Positions 20,191 to 29,644 of a stretch of DNA of 64,000 nucleotides are shown piece by piece. The notes under the pieces are model-generated. The model saw only the letters and a program-made list of their open reading frames with translations. It was not told the DNA's origin and searched no databases. Within the stretch, counting starts at the first letter, position 1. Each line of letters starts with the position of its first letter. The translations under genes and the position numbers were made by a program. Source of the DNA: Bryobacterales bacterium (GTDB lineage: Bacteria > Acidobacteriota > Terriglobia > Bryobacterales > UBA6623); the NCBI GenBank assembly GCA_965224215.1, contig CBDCYS010000019.1:23327-87326 (forward strand), written 5' to 3'.

Positions 20191-20920
20191 GGAGAAGCAC
20201 CTCGAGACTTTGCTTTCGGTGGTCGATTTCGTGAAGAACCGATGTCGCATTGCCCCTGCATGGCGTGCACTGGAACTCAACCGCGCCGAGTACTCCCCAC
20301 TACAGGACACTCTTGGTCCTGGGTCGATTGCCACCATACTCATCGCACAAGAGATCGAGTATCCCGCATGCGTGGACGACCGCGTTCTAGCTCAGTTCGC
20401 CAGGGAAGTGTTTGGCTTGAGGACCGGTTGGACGCAATGTGTAGTCGCTGCGCTTGAACGAAAGGGCAAGTTGTCCGCAGATCGCTATAGCGAGCTTGTC
20501 GCCTCCCTAGTGCGCATGGGATATGTCTTCGTCCCCGTGAGATCCCAAGACATAATCGCGCTTCTGAAGAAATCACACTACTCACTTACGCCCGATCTCT
20601 TGTCTAGCCTTCGTGCTCTACGTGGACCGGACGTCAATCTACAAGGGGCGGTCAAAGTATCAGCGGGCATAGTCAAAACGGCGCGCAATGATGGGCTGGT
20701 GGTTGCCGAACTGGACCTGCTGACCGATGCTCTCGTAATGGCATTGATGAGCGGACGTGACCGCTCAGTGGCAATCGCAGCGTTTCAAAGCGAACTGGGC
20801 TCGAGTTTGTCAGACCATGACCCATTGAAGAAAAGACTGATCCAGTCACTTTCCCTCCTAGAACTCTGCCTAGGAACCGAGATCAGGGCTCAACCATCGT
20901 CCCCTGGAAAACAACAGTGA
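20191..20920 (+). pseudogene. C-terminal fragment of a large protein ending in a PIN-like domain
   Basis: The open frame starts at the IS3 end. VDDRVLAQFAREVFG...GWTQCVV...YSELVASLVRMGYVFV resembles the PIN domain of TPR-GreAB-C-PIN systems (by eye). Confidence 0.5.
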
Positions 20921-21022
20921 GGCCGACGACAACCCCAAGAAACCGGCGTTCCGGCGTTCGAGGAGTTCGAAGCTTATTTATGTACTTGACGCAAGGGTGG
21001 GTGCCGTGGTAGCCTCGCTTTT

Positions 21023-21823
21023 ATGCTATCGCCATCCGCTAGGCAGAAAATTGCCAATGAGGCTATCAACTTTATACTTCAGGCTTTCTACGCTGGCGTG
21101 GTGTACTCCGTGTTAGCAGCAGGTGGAACAATATACGCTTGGATTACCGGAGCGGATCAGCAATGGGTTTTTTTGGGCCTAGGTGCGCTCGGAACCCTGT
21201 TTCTTGTCTTGGTGACCACTGGTGTCGTCGTTTGGCAACGCTCCAAATCAAAGCCGCTACAGACGGTTGGTCGTAAGGGATATTTGGATTTCAGAAAGGA
21301 CGCGGAGGCTGCAATTCACCAACTACAAGTGGACATCCCCAAGATTACGGCAATAAATCAGCGGATGGGCGAGATCGCGTCGAATGCTTCAAAACGTCCA
21401 GATACATCCTCGCACCGCGCGATCCACGCAGGAGTCGTAAAGGTATCAAAAAAGATCAATCGGCAGGCGAGCATTATGAGGATTCGCTCGGGTCCCGTAA
21501 AGCGCAACGTTGACCTACTCATCGAAAGCATAACCGGATGGTCTGATTGGGTCCGGAAGCGGCAGGGACCAGATGAAATTCAGTCGCTTCTCCCACTGAT
21601 CCGATCTATTGGGGCTCCGCTTCAACAGACTATTTCTAGTCTAGAATCGTTTCAGGCGAGTCTACAGGTGCACATTCGAGAGATGAGTCAGGAGATGGAT
21701 TTGGCTGGAGGGGCATTTCACAGTGAAATGGACGCGGTTCTCAAGCGGATAAAGCAGCTCCGTGCGTGCTGTCAGCAGCAGATTTCCCTATTAGATCCTT
21801 ATACTTCAGGGAGTCCGAGTTAA
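21023..21823 (+). CDS. Passenger: membrane-anchored helical hypothetical protein
   Basis: Two N-terminal hydrophobic segments followed by an amphipathic helical region. It lies inside the IRs and overlaps the transposase 3' end convergently. Confidence 0.8.
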   Translation: MLSPSARQKIANEAINFILQAFYAGVVYSVLAAGGTIYAWITGADQQWVFLGLGALGTLFLVLVTTGVVVWQRSKSKPLQTVGRKGYLDFRKDAEAAIHQLQVDIPKITAINQRMGEIASNASKRPDTSSHRAIHAGVVKVSKKINRQASIMRIRSGPVKRNVDLLIESITGWSDWVRKRQGPDEIQSLLPLIRSIGAPLQQTISSLESFQASLQVHIREMSQEMDLAGGAFHSEMDAVLKRIKQLRACCQQQISLLDPYTSGSPS

Positions 21824-22676
21824 TGAGCCGCAGCAGGGTGTCCCGAAACAAATACGGATTGTTCCGATTGTCGAACCGAAACTCGAACTCATCAAGGTAG
21901 GCAGGAAGATGCTTCACGCTGACTTTATGATAGGCACCGACAACAGACCGCTTGAAGAGCGAGAACGCGCCCTCGATCGAGTTCGTGTGGACATCGCCGC
22001 GAACCCACTCGTCAGCGGAATGGTTTACGCTCTCGTGCTTGGTTTTCTCATCGCCAATGCCTTTGTAGGCTTCGTAGTCGTCGGTATAGATGTTCTCGGC
22101 ATCCGGGGCGTGCTCCTCAATGAATCCGTGAAGCGTTTCGCGATTGCGCCGCTTGCCGACCGTCAGCCGGATATTGCCATCGCGTTCGATAGCCCCGAGA
22201 ACCATCGTTTTGTTCCCCGTGTATCCCCGGCCCATGCCCTTGGCCTTACCGCCGACCCAGGTCTCATCGACTTCGACGGTGCCTTCAAGGGGCTCGGTGT
22301 CGGCGTCCTTCATGGCGGCTCGGATACGATGGCAGAGATACCAAGCGGTCTTGTAGGCTACTTTCAGGGTGCGCTTGAGTTGGTTGGCCGAAATCCCTTT
22401 GCGGGATTCGCACATCAGGTAGATGGCCGCGAACCACTTGGGAAGCGGCAAGTGAGAATCATGGAAGATTGTCCCGGCGGTAACGGAGAACTGGTACCGG
22501 CATGAGTCGCAATCGAACTGTCCGCGCTTGTGGATTCGAGAGATCTTCTCGTTTTCGCATCGTGGGCACTGTATACCCTTGGGCCAGCGTAAGCCCTCAA
22601 GGTAGGAGCGGCATTTCTCTTCAGAGTGGAACCGGTCCATTAGCGTCATCAAATCGATATTTGCGGTGGAAGCCAT
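21741..22676 (-). CDS. IS1595-family transposase
   Basis: Zn ribbon CPRC...CDSC; VEVDETWVGG, YTDD, NSIEG and YLDEFEFRF motifs. Confidence 0.95.
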   Translation of the reverse strand: MASTANIDLMTLMDRFHSEEKCRSYLEGLRWPKGIQCPRCENEKISRIHKRGQFDCDSCRYQFSVTAGTIFHDSHLPLPKWFAAIYLMCESRKGISANQLKRTLKVAYKTAWYLCHRIRAAMKDADTEPLEGTVEVDETWVGGKAKGMGRGYTGNKTMVLGAIERDGNIRLTVGKRRNRETLHGFIEEHAPDAENIYTDDYEAYKGIGDEKTKHESVNHSADEWVRGDVHTNSIEGAFSLFKRSVVGAYHKVSVKHLPAYLDEFEFRFDNRNNPYLFRDTLLRLINSDSLKYKDLIGKSAADSTHGAALSA

Positions 22677-22680
22677 AGCT

Positions 22681-22833
22681 ATGACCAGAAAGAAACCAGA
22701 GAAGGATCTAACGACCGACGAAGCGATGCGGAGGATCTTCCCGAAGAAGGTACGCGAAGAACTTCACCGAGTAGCGCACGAGAAGGACGACAAAGAACTG
22801 AAAGGAAAGAAGACAACCCGATCACTAGAATAG
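22681..22833 (+). CDS. 50-aa micro-ORF back-to-back with the transposase start
   Basis: MTRKKPEKDLTTDEAMRRIFPKKVREELHRVAHEKDDKELKGKKTTRSLE; also present (3'-truncated) in copy 2. Confidence 0.45.
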   Translation: MTRKKPEKDLTTDEAMRRIFPKKVREELHRVAHEKDDKELKGKKTTRSLE

Positions 22834-22860
22834 TATACTATGGTTATAACCTTGTGTCAA
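22832..22860 (-). promoter_or_regulatory. Near-consensus sigma70 promoter in the IR, driving the transposase
   Basis: TTGACA (22860-22855), 17-bp spacer, TATACT (22837-22832). Confidence 0.75.
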
Positions 22861-22890
22861 GTAGATAAGTACGGTTCGAAGGACAGGAAG

Positions 22891-22951
22891 AAGGGGACAG
22901 TAGTCAAGGTGCCTGTCCCCTTTGGTTCCCCTGTGGTTCCCTTTGGTTCCC
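22891..22951. repeat. REP-like hairpin AAGGGGACAG...CTGTCCCCTT followed by TGGTTCCC x3
   Basis: 10-bp perfect stem at 22891-22922 with short direct repeats after it. Confidence 0.5.
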
Positions 22952-22970
22952 TGCTAGACGATATATAGTA

Positions 22971-24001
22971 GATGGGTATACGGTTGACTCAGGTAGCCCC
23001 AATATCTTGTGGTTTGGGGATTTTCTTGGGTTCTGTAACCGGGTGAACAATCATCTTGTAAGTCGCCGGATCCACGGCTACCGCCTGCTGGACGAGCCGA
23101 TAGAAGAGTTTGCCGCGGCTTTTGGATTTGCGGCGGTTGAAACGGAAGGTGAACTCGTCCAGGTAGTAGTCCAGATGTTTGTGGCTCACGGCACCCTGAT
23201 GGGTGCCCAGCAGCCAGCGCTTGAGCAGTGACATCACGCGGTGGACGCGGGGCATCCATTACGACGCGGACTGCTCCTGCCTGCTGACAACTGTGACCTG
23301 ATGGACGTAGCCTTCCTTTTTCAACCCGGAGTAACCGGGCCAGCCGTCGGTATGCACCACGCTGCCCGGCTCGATGCACTCCTCCACGAAAGGCAACAGG
23401 CTCTCGCCCGAGGCATCCTCGATTCTCTTCATGCGAATCCGGCCGATACCCCGCCCATCCTCTTGAGCGGCTACTGCGATCAATGCTTTGTTTTTCAGGT
23501 TTCGGCCCCGCAGGCCCTCTTCGAGCCCGCCCCAGTAGCTTTCATCGACTTCCACCGTCCCGGCCAGCAAATCCCGTCCCGGCCGCACCATCGCGCGCCG
23601 CATTTTGTGCAGCCAGGTCCAAGCCGTTTCGTACCTGTTGAGCCCCAACACTCTTTGAAGTCCCAAAGCGCTGGCTCCGGTTTTTTGGGTGGTGACCCAC
23701 CACATCGCACGAAACCACAACGGCAAAGGGCTGCGCGTGTCCTGAAAGATGGTCCCGGCGGTCACCGAGGTTTGGCGCCCACACGCAGCGCACTGCAGCA
23801 GCACTTTTCGCAAAGGCCACGACTTTCCACAACCGCAACCCGGACAGCGGAAACCGTCCGGCCAGCGCAGCCGGAACAGATACTCCCGGCAGGCCTCCTC
23901 ACTGCTAAAACGGGCCTCGAATTCTGGCAGGTTCTGAGGGTAATCTTCCATCTGCCGGCATACTACATCTTGGGGCTACCTGAGTCAACCGGATACCCAT
24001 C
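22971..24001 (-). mobile_element. IS1595-family element; transposase broken by an in-frame TAA at 23259
   Basis: IR GATGGGTAT(A/C)CGGTTGACTCAGGTAGCCCCAA; 8-bp TSD ATATAGTA; ORFs 23259-23951 and 22989-23255 share a frame. Confidence 0.93.
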
Positions 24002-24014
24002 ATATAGTATTTGA

Positions 24015-25361
24015 ATGATGAAATCTCGTGTACCTGTTCTCTCCCTAGTAATCGCCTGGGCCCTCGCCTTTCCCGCAGCGTCTCAGGCCGGAGGGAGTTA
24101 TGTGGAGGTGGAGTATCCACCCTCGGCCGTTCCGGGCCAGTTGCAGGTGGGGGTGAGCCATATTCTGTGGATCCCGGAGGGCGTAACTCGCTTGCGCGGG
24201 GTTATCGTTCACCAGCACGGAGCGGGCCGGAACGCGGCTATGCATGGCGCCATGGCAGCCTACGATATCCACTGGCAAGCGCTGGCGAAGAAATGGGATT
24301 GCGCGCTGCTCGGCCCTACGTATCACGTACTGAACGACGCGATTGACACAACACCGGGCGGCGCGCAGCTCTGGTTCGATCCCGGCATGGGTTCCAACAA
24401 GGCGTTTCTCAGGGCGCTGGAAGAGCTGGGGTCCAAGTCGGGCCACACGGAGTTGAGCGAGGTTCCATGGCTTTTGTGGGGCCATTCGGGCGGCGGGATC
24501 TGGTCCGATGTGATGACCGACCTGCATCCCGAGCGGGTAGTCGCGGTGTTTCTTCGCTCCGGGACGGCGTCGATGTTTCGCGGCCGGGTCTTCCCGCAAC
24601 CACAGGTTCCGGCCGCCGCCTACGCGATCCCGATCCTGTCTAACCCGGGCGTCAAGGAGCAGAAGAAGGACGGGAGCGTTGGACCGTGGGAGGGCTCGAA
24701 GACCATTTTCGAGGAGTACCGCGCCAAGGGCGGGCTGATCGGTTTCGCGCCCGATCCGCGAACGGGACACGAGTGCGGCGATTCGCGATACCTGGCGATT
24801 CCGTTTTTCGACGCCGTCATGGCCATGCGCCTGCCCGTGAAAGACAGGAAGGACCAGGCGCTGCGGCCGGTCGACACATCGAAGGCGTGGCTGGCTCCGC
24901 TGATGGGCGATACGGCTCAGCCCGCAGCGGCGTACAAGGGCAATGCGAATGAGGCGGTGTGGCTGCCGAATGAAGCAGTGGCAAAGGCATGGGTGGAGTA
25001 CGTGAAGACCGGCACGGTCGCCGACACAACACCGCCGCCGGCTCCGTCGCGCGTGCGCGTCTCGGCAAAGGCCGGCGACGGCGCCGAGATCACATGGGAG
25101 GCCGAAGCCGATTTCGGGAGCGGCATCGGCGGGTTCGCCATTCTGCGCGATGGGCAGGAGCTGGCGAAGCTGCCGGAGAAACCGCCGGCGAGCTCTTACG
25201 GGCGGCGACTGTTCCAAGAGATGTCATACCACGACACGCCGGAGCCGCCGGTCGCCGAAATGCGATATGTGGACCGGACGGCCAAGGCCGGCGAGAAGCA
25301 TACCTACGCCGTCGTAACGATTAACAGCGCTGGACTGCGCTCGAAACCGGCGACGAAATGA
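24015..25361 (+). CDS. Secreted alpha/beta-hydrolase-like protein with a C-terminal FN3-like region
   Basis: Signal peptide; WGHSGGG nucleophile elbow; GHECG; C-terminal PPAP...YVD...YAVVTINSAGL. Confidence 0.7.
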   Translation: MMKSRVPVLSLVIAWALAFPAASQAGGSYVEVEYPPSAVPGQLQVGVSHILWIPEGVTRLRGVIVHQHGAGRNAAMHGAMAAYDIHWQALAKKWDCALLGPTYHVLNDAIDTTPGGAQLWFDPGMGSNKAFLRALEELGSKSGHTELSEVPWLLWGHSGGGIWSDVMTDLHPERVVAVFLRSGTASMFRGRVFPQPQVPAAAYAIPILSNPGVKEQKKDGSVGPWEGSKTIFEEYRAKGGLIGFAPDPRTGHECGDSRYLAIPFFDAVMAMRLPVKDRKDQALRPVDTSKAWLAPLMGDTAQPAAAYKGNANEAVWLPNEAVAKAWVEYVKTGTVADTTPPPAPSRVRVSAKAGDGAEITWEAEADFGSGIGGFAILRDGQELAKLPEKPPASSYGRRLFQEMSYHDTPEPPVAEMRYVDRTAKAGEKHTYAVVTINSAGLRSKPATK

Positions 25362-26110
25362 ATGAACAGAAGAGTAGAGTGACGAGTCTCATCAAGAAGA
25401 ATGACGAGGGCGACAGTAGCTGGCATCGGTTCTAACCGAAGACGCTGCTTACAAGTCCGATGGTCCCGCTGAAAGTGGGAAAGTGAGGGAGGTGTGGCAG
25501 CCCAGAACCCAGCAACGGCATAGTGCTTACAAAAGCTTTAACCACTTAAAATCAATAGTATACAATTGATTTCTTTTAAGGCTGCTCTTTCCCCGCATGT
25601 TACTATGCGACTAGGAAGCGAAATATTCCCATGAAGAGCAACCTGAACAGGAATCGGCTTGTCCATCCCGAAGCCCAAGTCTTGCGCCGACTCCTGAGGA
25701 GCTTCGCGCTGGCAACCGCGATGCGAGAAAACCTGCGCGCCCCTCAGCCCGACGTCGTACTCGGCCCCAGCCGTGCCCCGCGGCCGGCCGTGAAACACCC
25801 GTGCAATCTTGGTCATCCCGAGCGGCTGCCGGCAAGCTGGTCGCGCCGAAAATCATCCCTGTGTCCGGCGCCGTGGCTGGGGGCGGTTTGGTGCCAACTT
25901 TCCAGTTTACATAATAAGGATCGCGCGCGTGAGCGAAAACCGCTGATTTCCGCTGGATTGCCCCGGTTTCCGCTGGCTTCCGATTATGGTCCAGATGGTT
26001 CCCACCGCAAGCGGCACCGATATTTCGGCAAGTCCGGCACACGGAAAGTTGGGTACGTCTTGGAAGGTTGGAAAATGTAGGGCGAAGACTTCAGGCGGCA
26101 AGCCATCCGC

Positions 26111-27142
26111 TCAGGGATTCAGGATGACCTTCGTCAGATTGGACTCCTTGGCATAGAGGCGGTCGAACATCTCGGCTCCGCGTTCTAGGGGGACAGTCGC
26201 GCTGATGATCGGCTTCACGCGGATCTTGCCTCGTCCCATGAGTTCTAGGCAGGCGGGGTAGTCGTTCGATGACGCGCATGATCCAAGGACGCTAACTTCC
26301 CTGGTCACTACTGATTGCAGCGGAAATTTCACGTCCGGAGCGATGTTGCCGATCAGCGTGACGGTGCCTCCCTTGCGGACGCAGTCGACCGCCATCCGGA
26401 CCGTTGCGTCGGCCCCTACGGCTTCGACGGTGATGTCGGCTCCTAGGCCATTTGTCATCTCGATGACGGCGGCAGGGATGGACTGGTGGCTCGAGTTCAG
26501 GGTGTCGTCAGCGCCCAGTTCCCGGGCTAGAGCGAGGCGGTCGTCTTCCAAATCGACGGCGATGATGCGGCCGCAGCCGGCGGTCCTCAGGGCTTGAATC
26601 GTTAGCAGGCCGATCATGCCCGCGCCGATGACCACGGCGGTGTCGGCGAGTTGGACCGGGGTGCGGTTGACGGCATGAACCGCCACCGAGACGGGCTCGA
26701 CCAGCGCCGCTTCGTCAAACGGCAGGTTGTCCGGGATGCGGTAGACGATGTGCTCGGGGACGGAGACAAATTCGGCGAAGGCGCCGTTGCGGCGGTAGTC
26801 TTCGCACGAGACGCCCAACACACGGCGCTCATCGCACAAGTTAGGTTCGCCGCGACGGCAAAAGCGGCAATGTCCGCAAGAGATCATGGAGTCGAAGGTG
26901 ACACGTTCTCCCGGCCGGAAGCGGGTAGCGGCGTTTCCGATGCTGTCAATGACGCCCGAGGCCTCGTGTCCCATGATGACCGGGGGGATGCGGCGGCCGG
27001 AGCTGCCGTCGAATCCGTGTACGTCGCTGCCGCAGATGCCGCACGATTTGACGCGGATCAGGACTTCGTTGGCGGCTAGTTCGGGGACTGGGGAGTCTTG
27101 GATTTCTAGGAATTTGTAATTTTCTAGGACTAGTGCTTTCAT
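26111..27142 (-). CDS. Zinc-dependent (MDR) sugar-alcohol dehydrogenase
   Basis: CGICGSD, MGHEASG, structural Zn CGHCRFCRRGEPNLC and Rossmann GAGMIG motifs. Confidence 0.93.
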   Translation of the reverse strand: MKALVLENYKFLEIQDSPVPELAANEVLIRVKSCGICGSDVHGFDGSSGRRIPPVIMGHEASGVIDSIGNAATRFRPGERVTFDSMISCGHCRFCRRGEPNLCDERRVLGVSCEDYRRNGAFAEFVSVPEHIVYRIPDNLPFDEAALVEPVSVAVHAVNRTPVQLADTAVVIGAGMIGLLTIQALRTAGCGRIIAVDLEDDRLALARELGADDTLNSSHQSIPAAVIEMTNGLGADITVEAVGADATVRMAVDCVRKGGTVTLIGNIAPDVKFPLQSVVTREVSVLGSCASSNDYPACLELMGRGKIRVKPIISATVPLERGAEMFDRLYAKESNLTKVILNP

Positions 27143-27190
27143 TTGCTTGGGGTGCCTTTGGTCAGTGTAGCTTAGGTGATGGATGGAGAC

Positions 27191-27315
27191 GCTGCCGCTG
27201 AGATGCCGCTACCGCTGCTGAGATGCCGCTGCCGCTATTGCTGAGATGCCGCTATCGCTGAGATGCCGCTGCCGCTGCCGCTCAGATGCCGCTGCCGCTA
27301 TCGCTGAGATGCCGC
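27191..27315. repeat. Degenerate tandem array of GCTGAGATGCC and GCT(G/A)CC units
   Basis: About six (G/C)AGATGCC cores. Confidence 0.85.
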
Positions 27316-27330
27316 GACTTCGATCGCTGA

Positions 27331-27350
27331 GCGTGGACTTCCGTCCACGC
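27331..27350. repeat. REP-like palindrome GCGTGGAC-TTCC-GTCCACGC
   Basis: Perfect 8-bp stem; a related copy with compensatory changes lies at 40744-40763. Confidence 0.8.
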
Positions 27351-27399
27351 CTTCCATGAGGAGGCTCGTCATTGTCAAGGGAGGAGTGAGGAACTTTCA

Positions 27400-27560
27400 G
27401 CTGATGGGATGTTTGACCGGGCTTCCATCCGCACTCGTTGGTCGTCGCTGAGGACGCGGTGCTCTATGAAGTTCGATCTAGCGGCGCTGCTCTCTCTGTC
27501 TCGGCCTCTTCGGACCGGGCGTGGACTCGCAGTCGCCGCGAACTCGGTCTGTCCCTTTGC
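27400..27560 (-). ncRNA. Putative bridge/seek RNA of element A (ends approximate)
   Basis: Guide-like segments: GTCCACGCC (27526-27518), hairpin, GACAG (27500-27496), and ATGGAAG (27428-27422), matching the target and donor junction. Confidence 0.7.
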
Positions 27561-27824
27561 GCTGTTACGATTCCTCAACCTCCTTCAATCCGACGTTCTT
27601 CCTCAACCTCCTTCAATCCGACGTTCCTTTTTGCGCTCGGGGATTTCGCGGCTGACAGCCGCCACACGAGTGGTCGGCAGGCGGCTCGTTCCGGTTATCC
27701 CCTTTCCCTCATATAAGTCCTGCTCTCAGATCGGCCCGGAGCAGTCCAGGGCGCGCCGAGCGCGGCGAAGCGAACCCTGGACGGCGAGGACCGATCTGGA
27801 ATCCTGCCAGCAGAGGGAAAGGGG

Positions 27825-29644
27825 TGTCAACGCCAAGTAGAAATGTCCTAATCGCTGCCAAGTAGAAATGTCCGCTTTGGGGCAGGTGGCTGGAGAGGCG
27901 ATGGTAGAGTGGTTGGCGTTGAGGGCAGGGTCGCGCCTGCTCTTGATGCCCAAGGCCGAAGCGATGGAGCTGGCTCCCAAGCAATCGGCTGAAGCAGACG
28001 ACCCTCTGGCCTCCCGGTCAGAGGGTTTTCTGTTCGTGACAGAGATTGCTTTGGTGAAGCTTCGGAGCGGAGGCCTTGGGCTTCGCCAACGCGACGATCG
28101 CTGGGCGCCGTTTGCCCGGCGCTCCCCATAGCGTCTTGGTTTGGCAGCGACTGCCAACTCAGCGCATCGGCCCGATGGACGCTCCGCATAGCGTCTTGGT
28201 TTGGCAGCGACTCCTAGTCCTGCGTATCGTCTCGCCGAGCGCCGGATGCCTGCGCCGCTTGCCACACAGGCGGGCTGTCTTTCAGATCGAAGTCCTTCAT
28301 CCAGTCGCTGCTTCGCTTGCCGGCAGCTTTGCCGCCAGCCTTCTCGGCTGCTGCCGCAGCGGGTTCCGCCTGGGCGCTCTTGGGCTGCAGGCGCTCCGAT
28401 TGGGGCTGCGCGCCGCAGCGCTTCAGCGCCAGTTCGTGCTTGCCGCAGCGCGCGGCCAGGACGCCGTCCAGGCGTCTCTCCACCCGCACTCGGCTGTTTC
28501 GCAGACCCGGCACAATCGCCTTGCGGTCGATTTGATAGCTCTTTCCCCGGAAGCGAATCGTGTAGTCGTTGGCGACCCGCCGCGTCTCGACCTGGCTCAG
28601 CGCCGAGTCCAGATCGTGCTCGGGACCTAGCTCGCGATGCGCCTCGTCGGGGTGAGCCGGCTGCACCCGCAACGTGGCGTTCCACCAGGGCAGAAACTCG
28701 CTTTCCAGGTAGGCGTTGGCCTGTTCGATCGTCGTGGCCCCGGCCACCCGCAGACCCTTCACCAGGCGGTCCTGGGCGGTGCCAAAGCTGCGCTCGACGC
28801 GGCCTTTGGCCTGCGGCGAATAGGCCGTGATCGATTCGATGTCCAGCTCCTGGAGCGCCCGCCCGATCTGCGTGGGAGGCAAGAGCTTGGGATCCTCGCC
28901 GGCGCTGTTTTTGGGCGTGTTGACAAACAGGCTGGCGCGGTCGGTGTAGAAGGCTACGGGTCGGCCGTTTTGTTCCAGATACGTCTTCAGCAAACGGCGA
29001 TTCTCTTCGCCCGAGTCGTGCCGGACGAAGCGCGCCAGCAACTCGCTGCTGGCGTCGTCGATCATGCCGATCAGGTACAGCTTCTCCCCGCGTCCCTCCA
29101 GCCAGTCGTGCTCGGAGGTGTCCCATTGCACCAGCTCGCCGCGGCAACTGCGGCGGGGCCGCCACGGATGCGGGCGTCCTGACTTGCGGCGGCGGGGCTT
29201 CCACAGGCCCGCGGCGGCCATCCAGCCCCGCAGCGTTTCGCGGCCGACTTGGACGCCGTGGCGCTGCTCGAGATACTCCGCCGCCAGAGTCGGGCCAAAG
29301 CCGGCGTAGACGGGTTGGGAGAGGATTGCCACGGCTTGTTTTTCCGCCTTGGCGCTGAGCTTGCGGTTGGACGCGCGGCCCCGCGCGGCATGGACCACGG
29401 CCTGGTCGCCTTCGCTGCGAAGCTTCGCCAGCAGCCGCCTCAGATGCCGTTCGCTGAGGCCCGTCTGCTGGGCGGCCTGCTTTTGCGTGATGAGTTTTTT
29501 GTCTGCTTTGCGCAGCGCCACCAGCCGGTCGCGCTCTCGTTGTGTCATTAGTAGTTGTCCTTGCTTGCTCACCCCTCCAGGCTGACCTTGTCAATAGGAC
29601 ATTTCTACTTGGCACGTTTAGGACATTATCACTCGGCAGCGACA
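27825..29644 (-). mobile_element. ISNCY/IS1202-type element with a 17-bp TSD
   Basis: TGT...ACA ends with repeated CCAAGTAGAAATGTCC motifs; TSD CAGCAGAGGGAAAGGGG at 27808-27824 and 29645-29661. Confidence 0.92.
28214..29572 (-). CDS. ISNCY/IS1202-type DDE transposase
   Basis: HTH N-terminus; GELVQWDTSEH, FYTDRASLF and PQAKGRVERSFGTAQDRL motifs. Confidence 0.93.
   Translation of the reverse strand: MSKQGQLLMTQRERDRLVALRKADKKLITQKQAAQQTGLSERHLRRLLAKLRSEGDQAVVHAARGRASNRKLSAKAEKQAVAILSQPVYAGFGPTLAAEYLEQRHGVQVGRETLRGWMAAAGLWKPRRRKSGRPHPWRPRRSCRGELVQWDTSEHDWLEGRGEKLYLIGMIDDASSELLARFVRHDSGEENRRLLKTYLEQNGRPVAFYTDRASLFVNTPKNSAGEDPKLLPPTQIGRALQELDIESITAYSPQAKGRVERSFGTAQDRLVKGLRVAGATTIEQANAYLESEFLPWWNATLRVQPAHPDEAHRELGPEHDLDSALSQVETRRVANDYTIRFRGKSYQIDRKAIVPGLRNSRVRVERRLDGVLAARCGKHELALKRCGAQPQSERLQPKSAQAEPAAAAAEKAGGKAAGKRSSDWMKDFDLKDSPPVWQAAQASGARRDDTQD

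Larger units (their letters stand above)
20973..22873 (-). mobile_element. IS1595-family element carrying a passenger gene, copy 1
   Basis: IR core TTAT(G/C)TACTTGAC(G/A)CAAGG; 8-bp TSD GTTCGAAG at 20965-20972 and 22874-22881; 1901 bp. Confidence 0.93.

Noticed and set aside
25905-25935. dif/Xer-like site (TTATGTAAAC on the minus strand)
   Set aside because: Only one arm resembles XerD; the partner arm does not match.
25361-26100. Right attachment site of the tRNA-Gly island
   Set aside because: There is an AT-rich att-like stretch near 25530-25580, but I could not find a duplicated tRNA 3' end here or elsewhere in the window.
27373-27378. Complete circle-junction promoter for the IS110 elements
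   Set aside because: The -35 is perfect, but the predicted junction gives no recognisable -10; reported only as a partial observation.
27545-27557. GGGACAG upstream of element A's guide as the left-target guide
   Set aside because: Only 5 bases match, there is no counterpart in element B, and the alternative register explains both elements consistently.
28121-28212. Mini-CRISPR inside an IS
   Set aside because: Only two repeats, no cas or tnpB nearby; kept only as a low-interest repeat.
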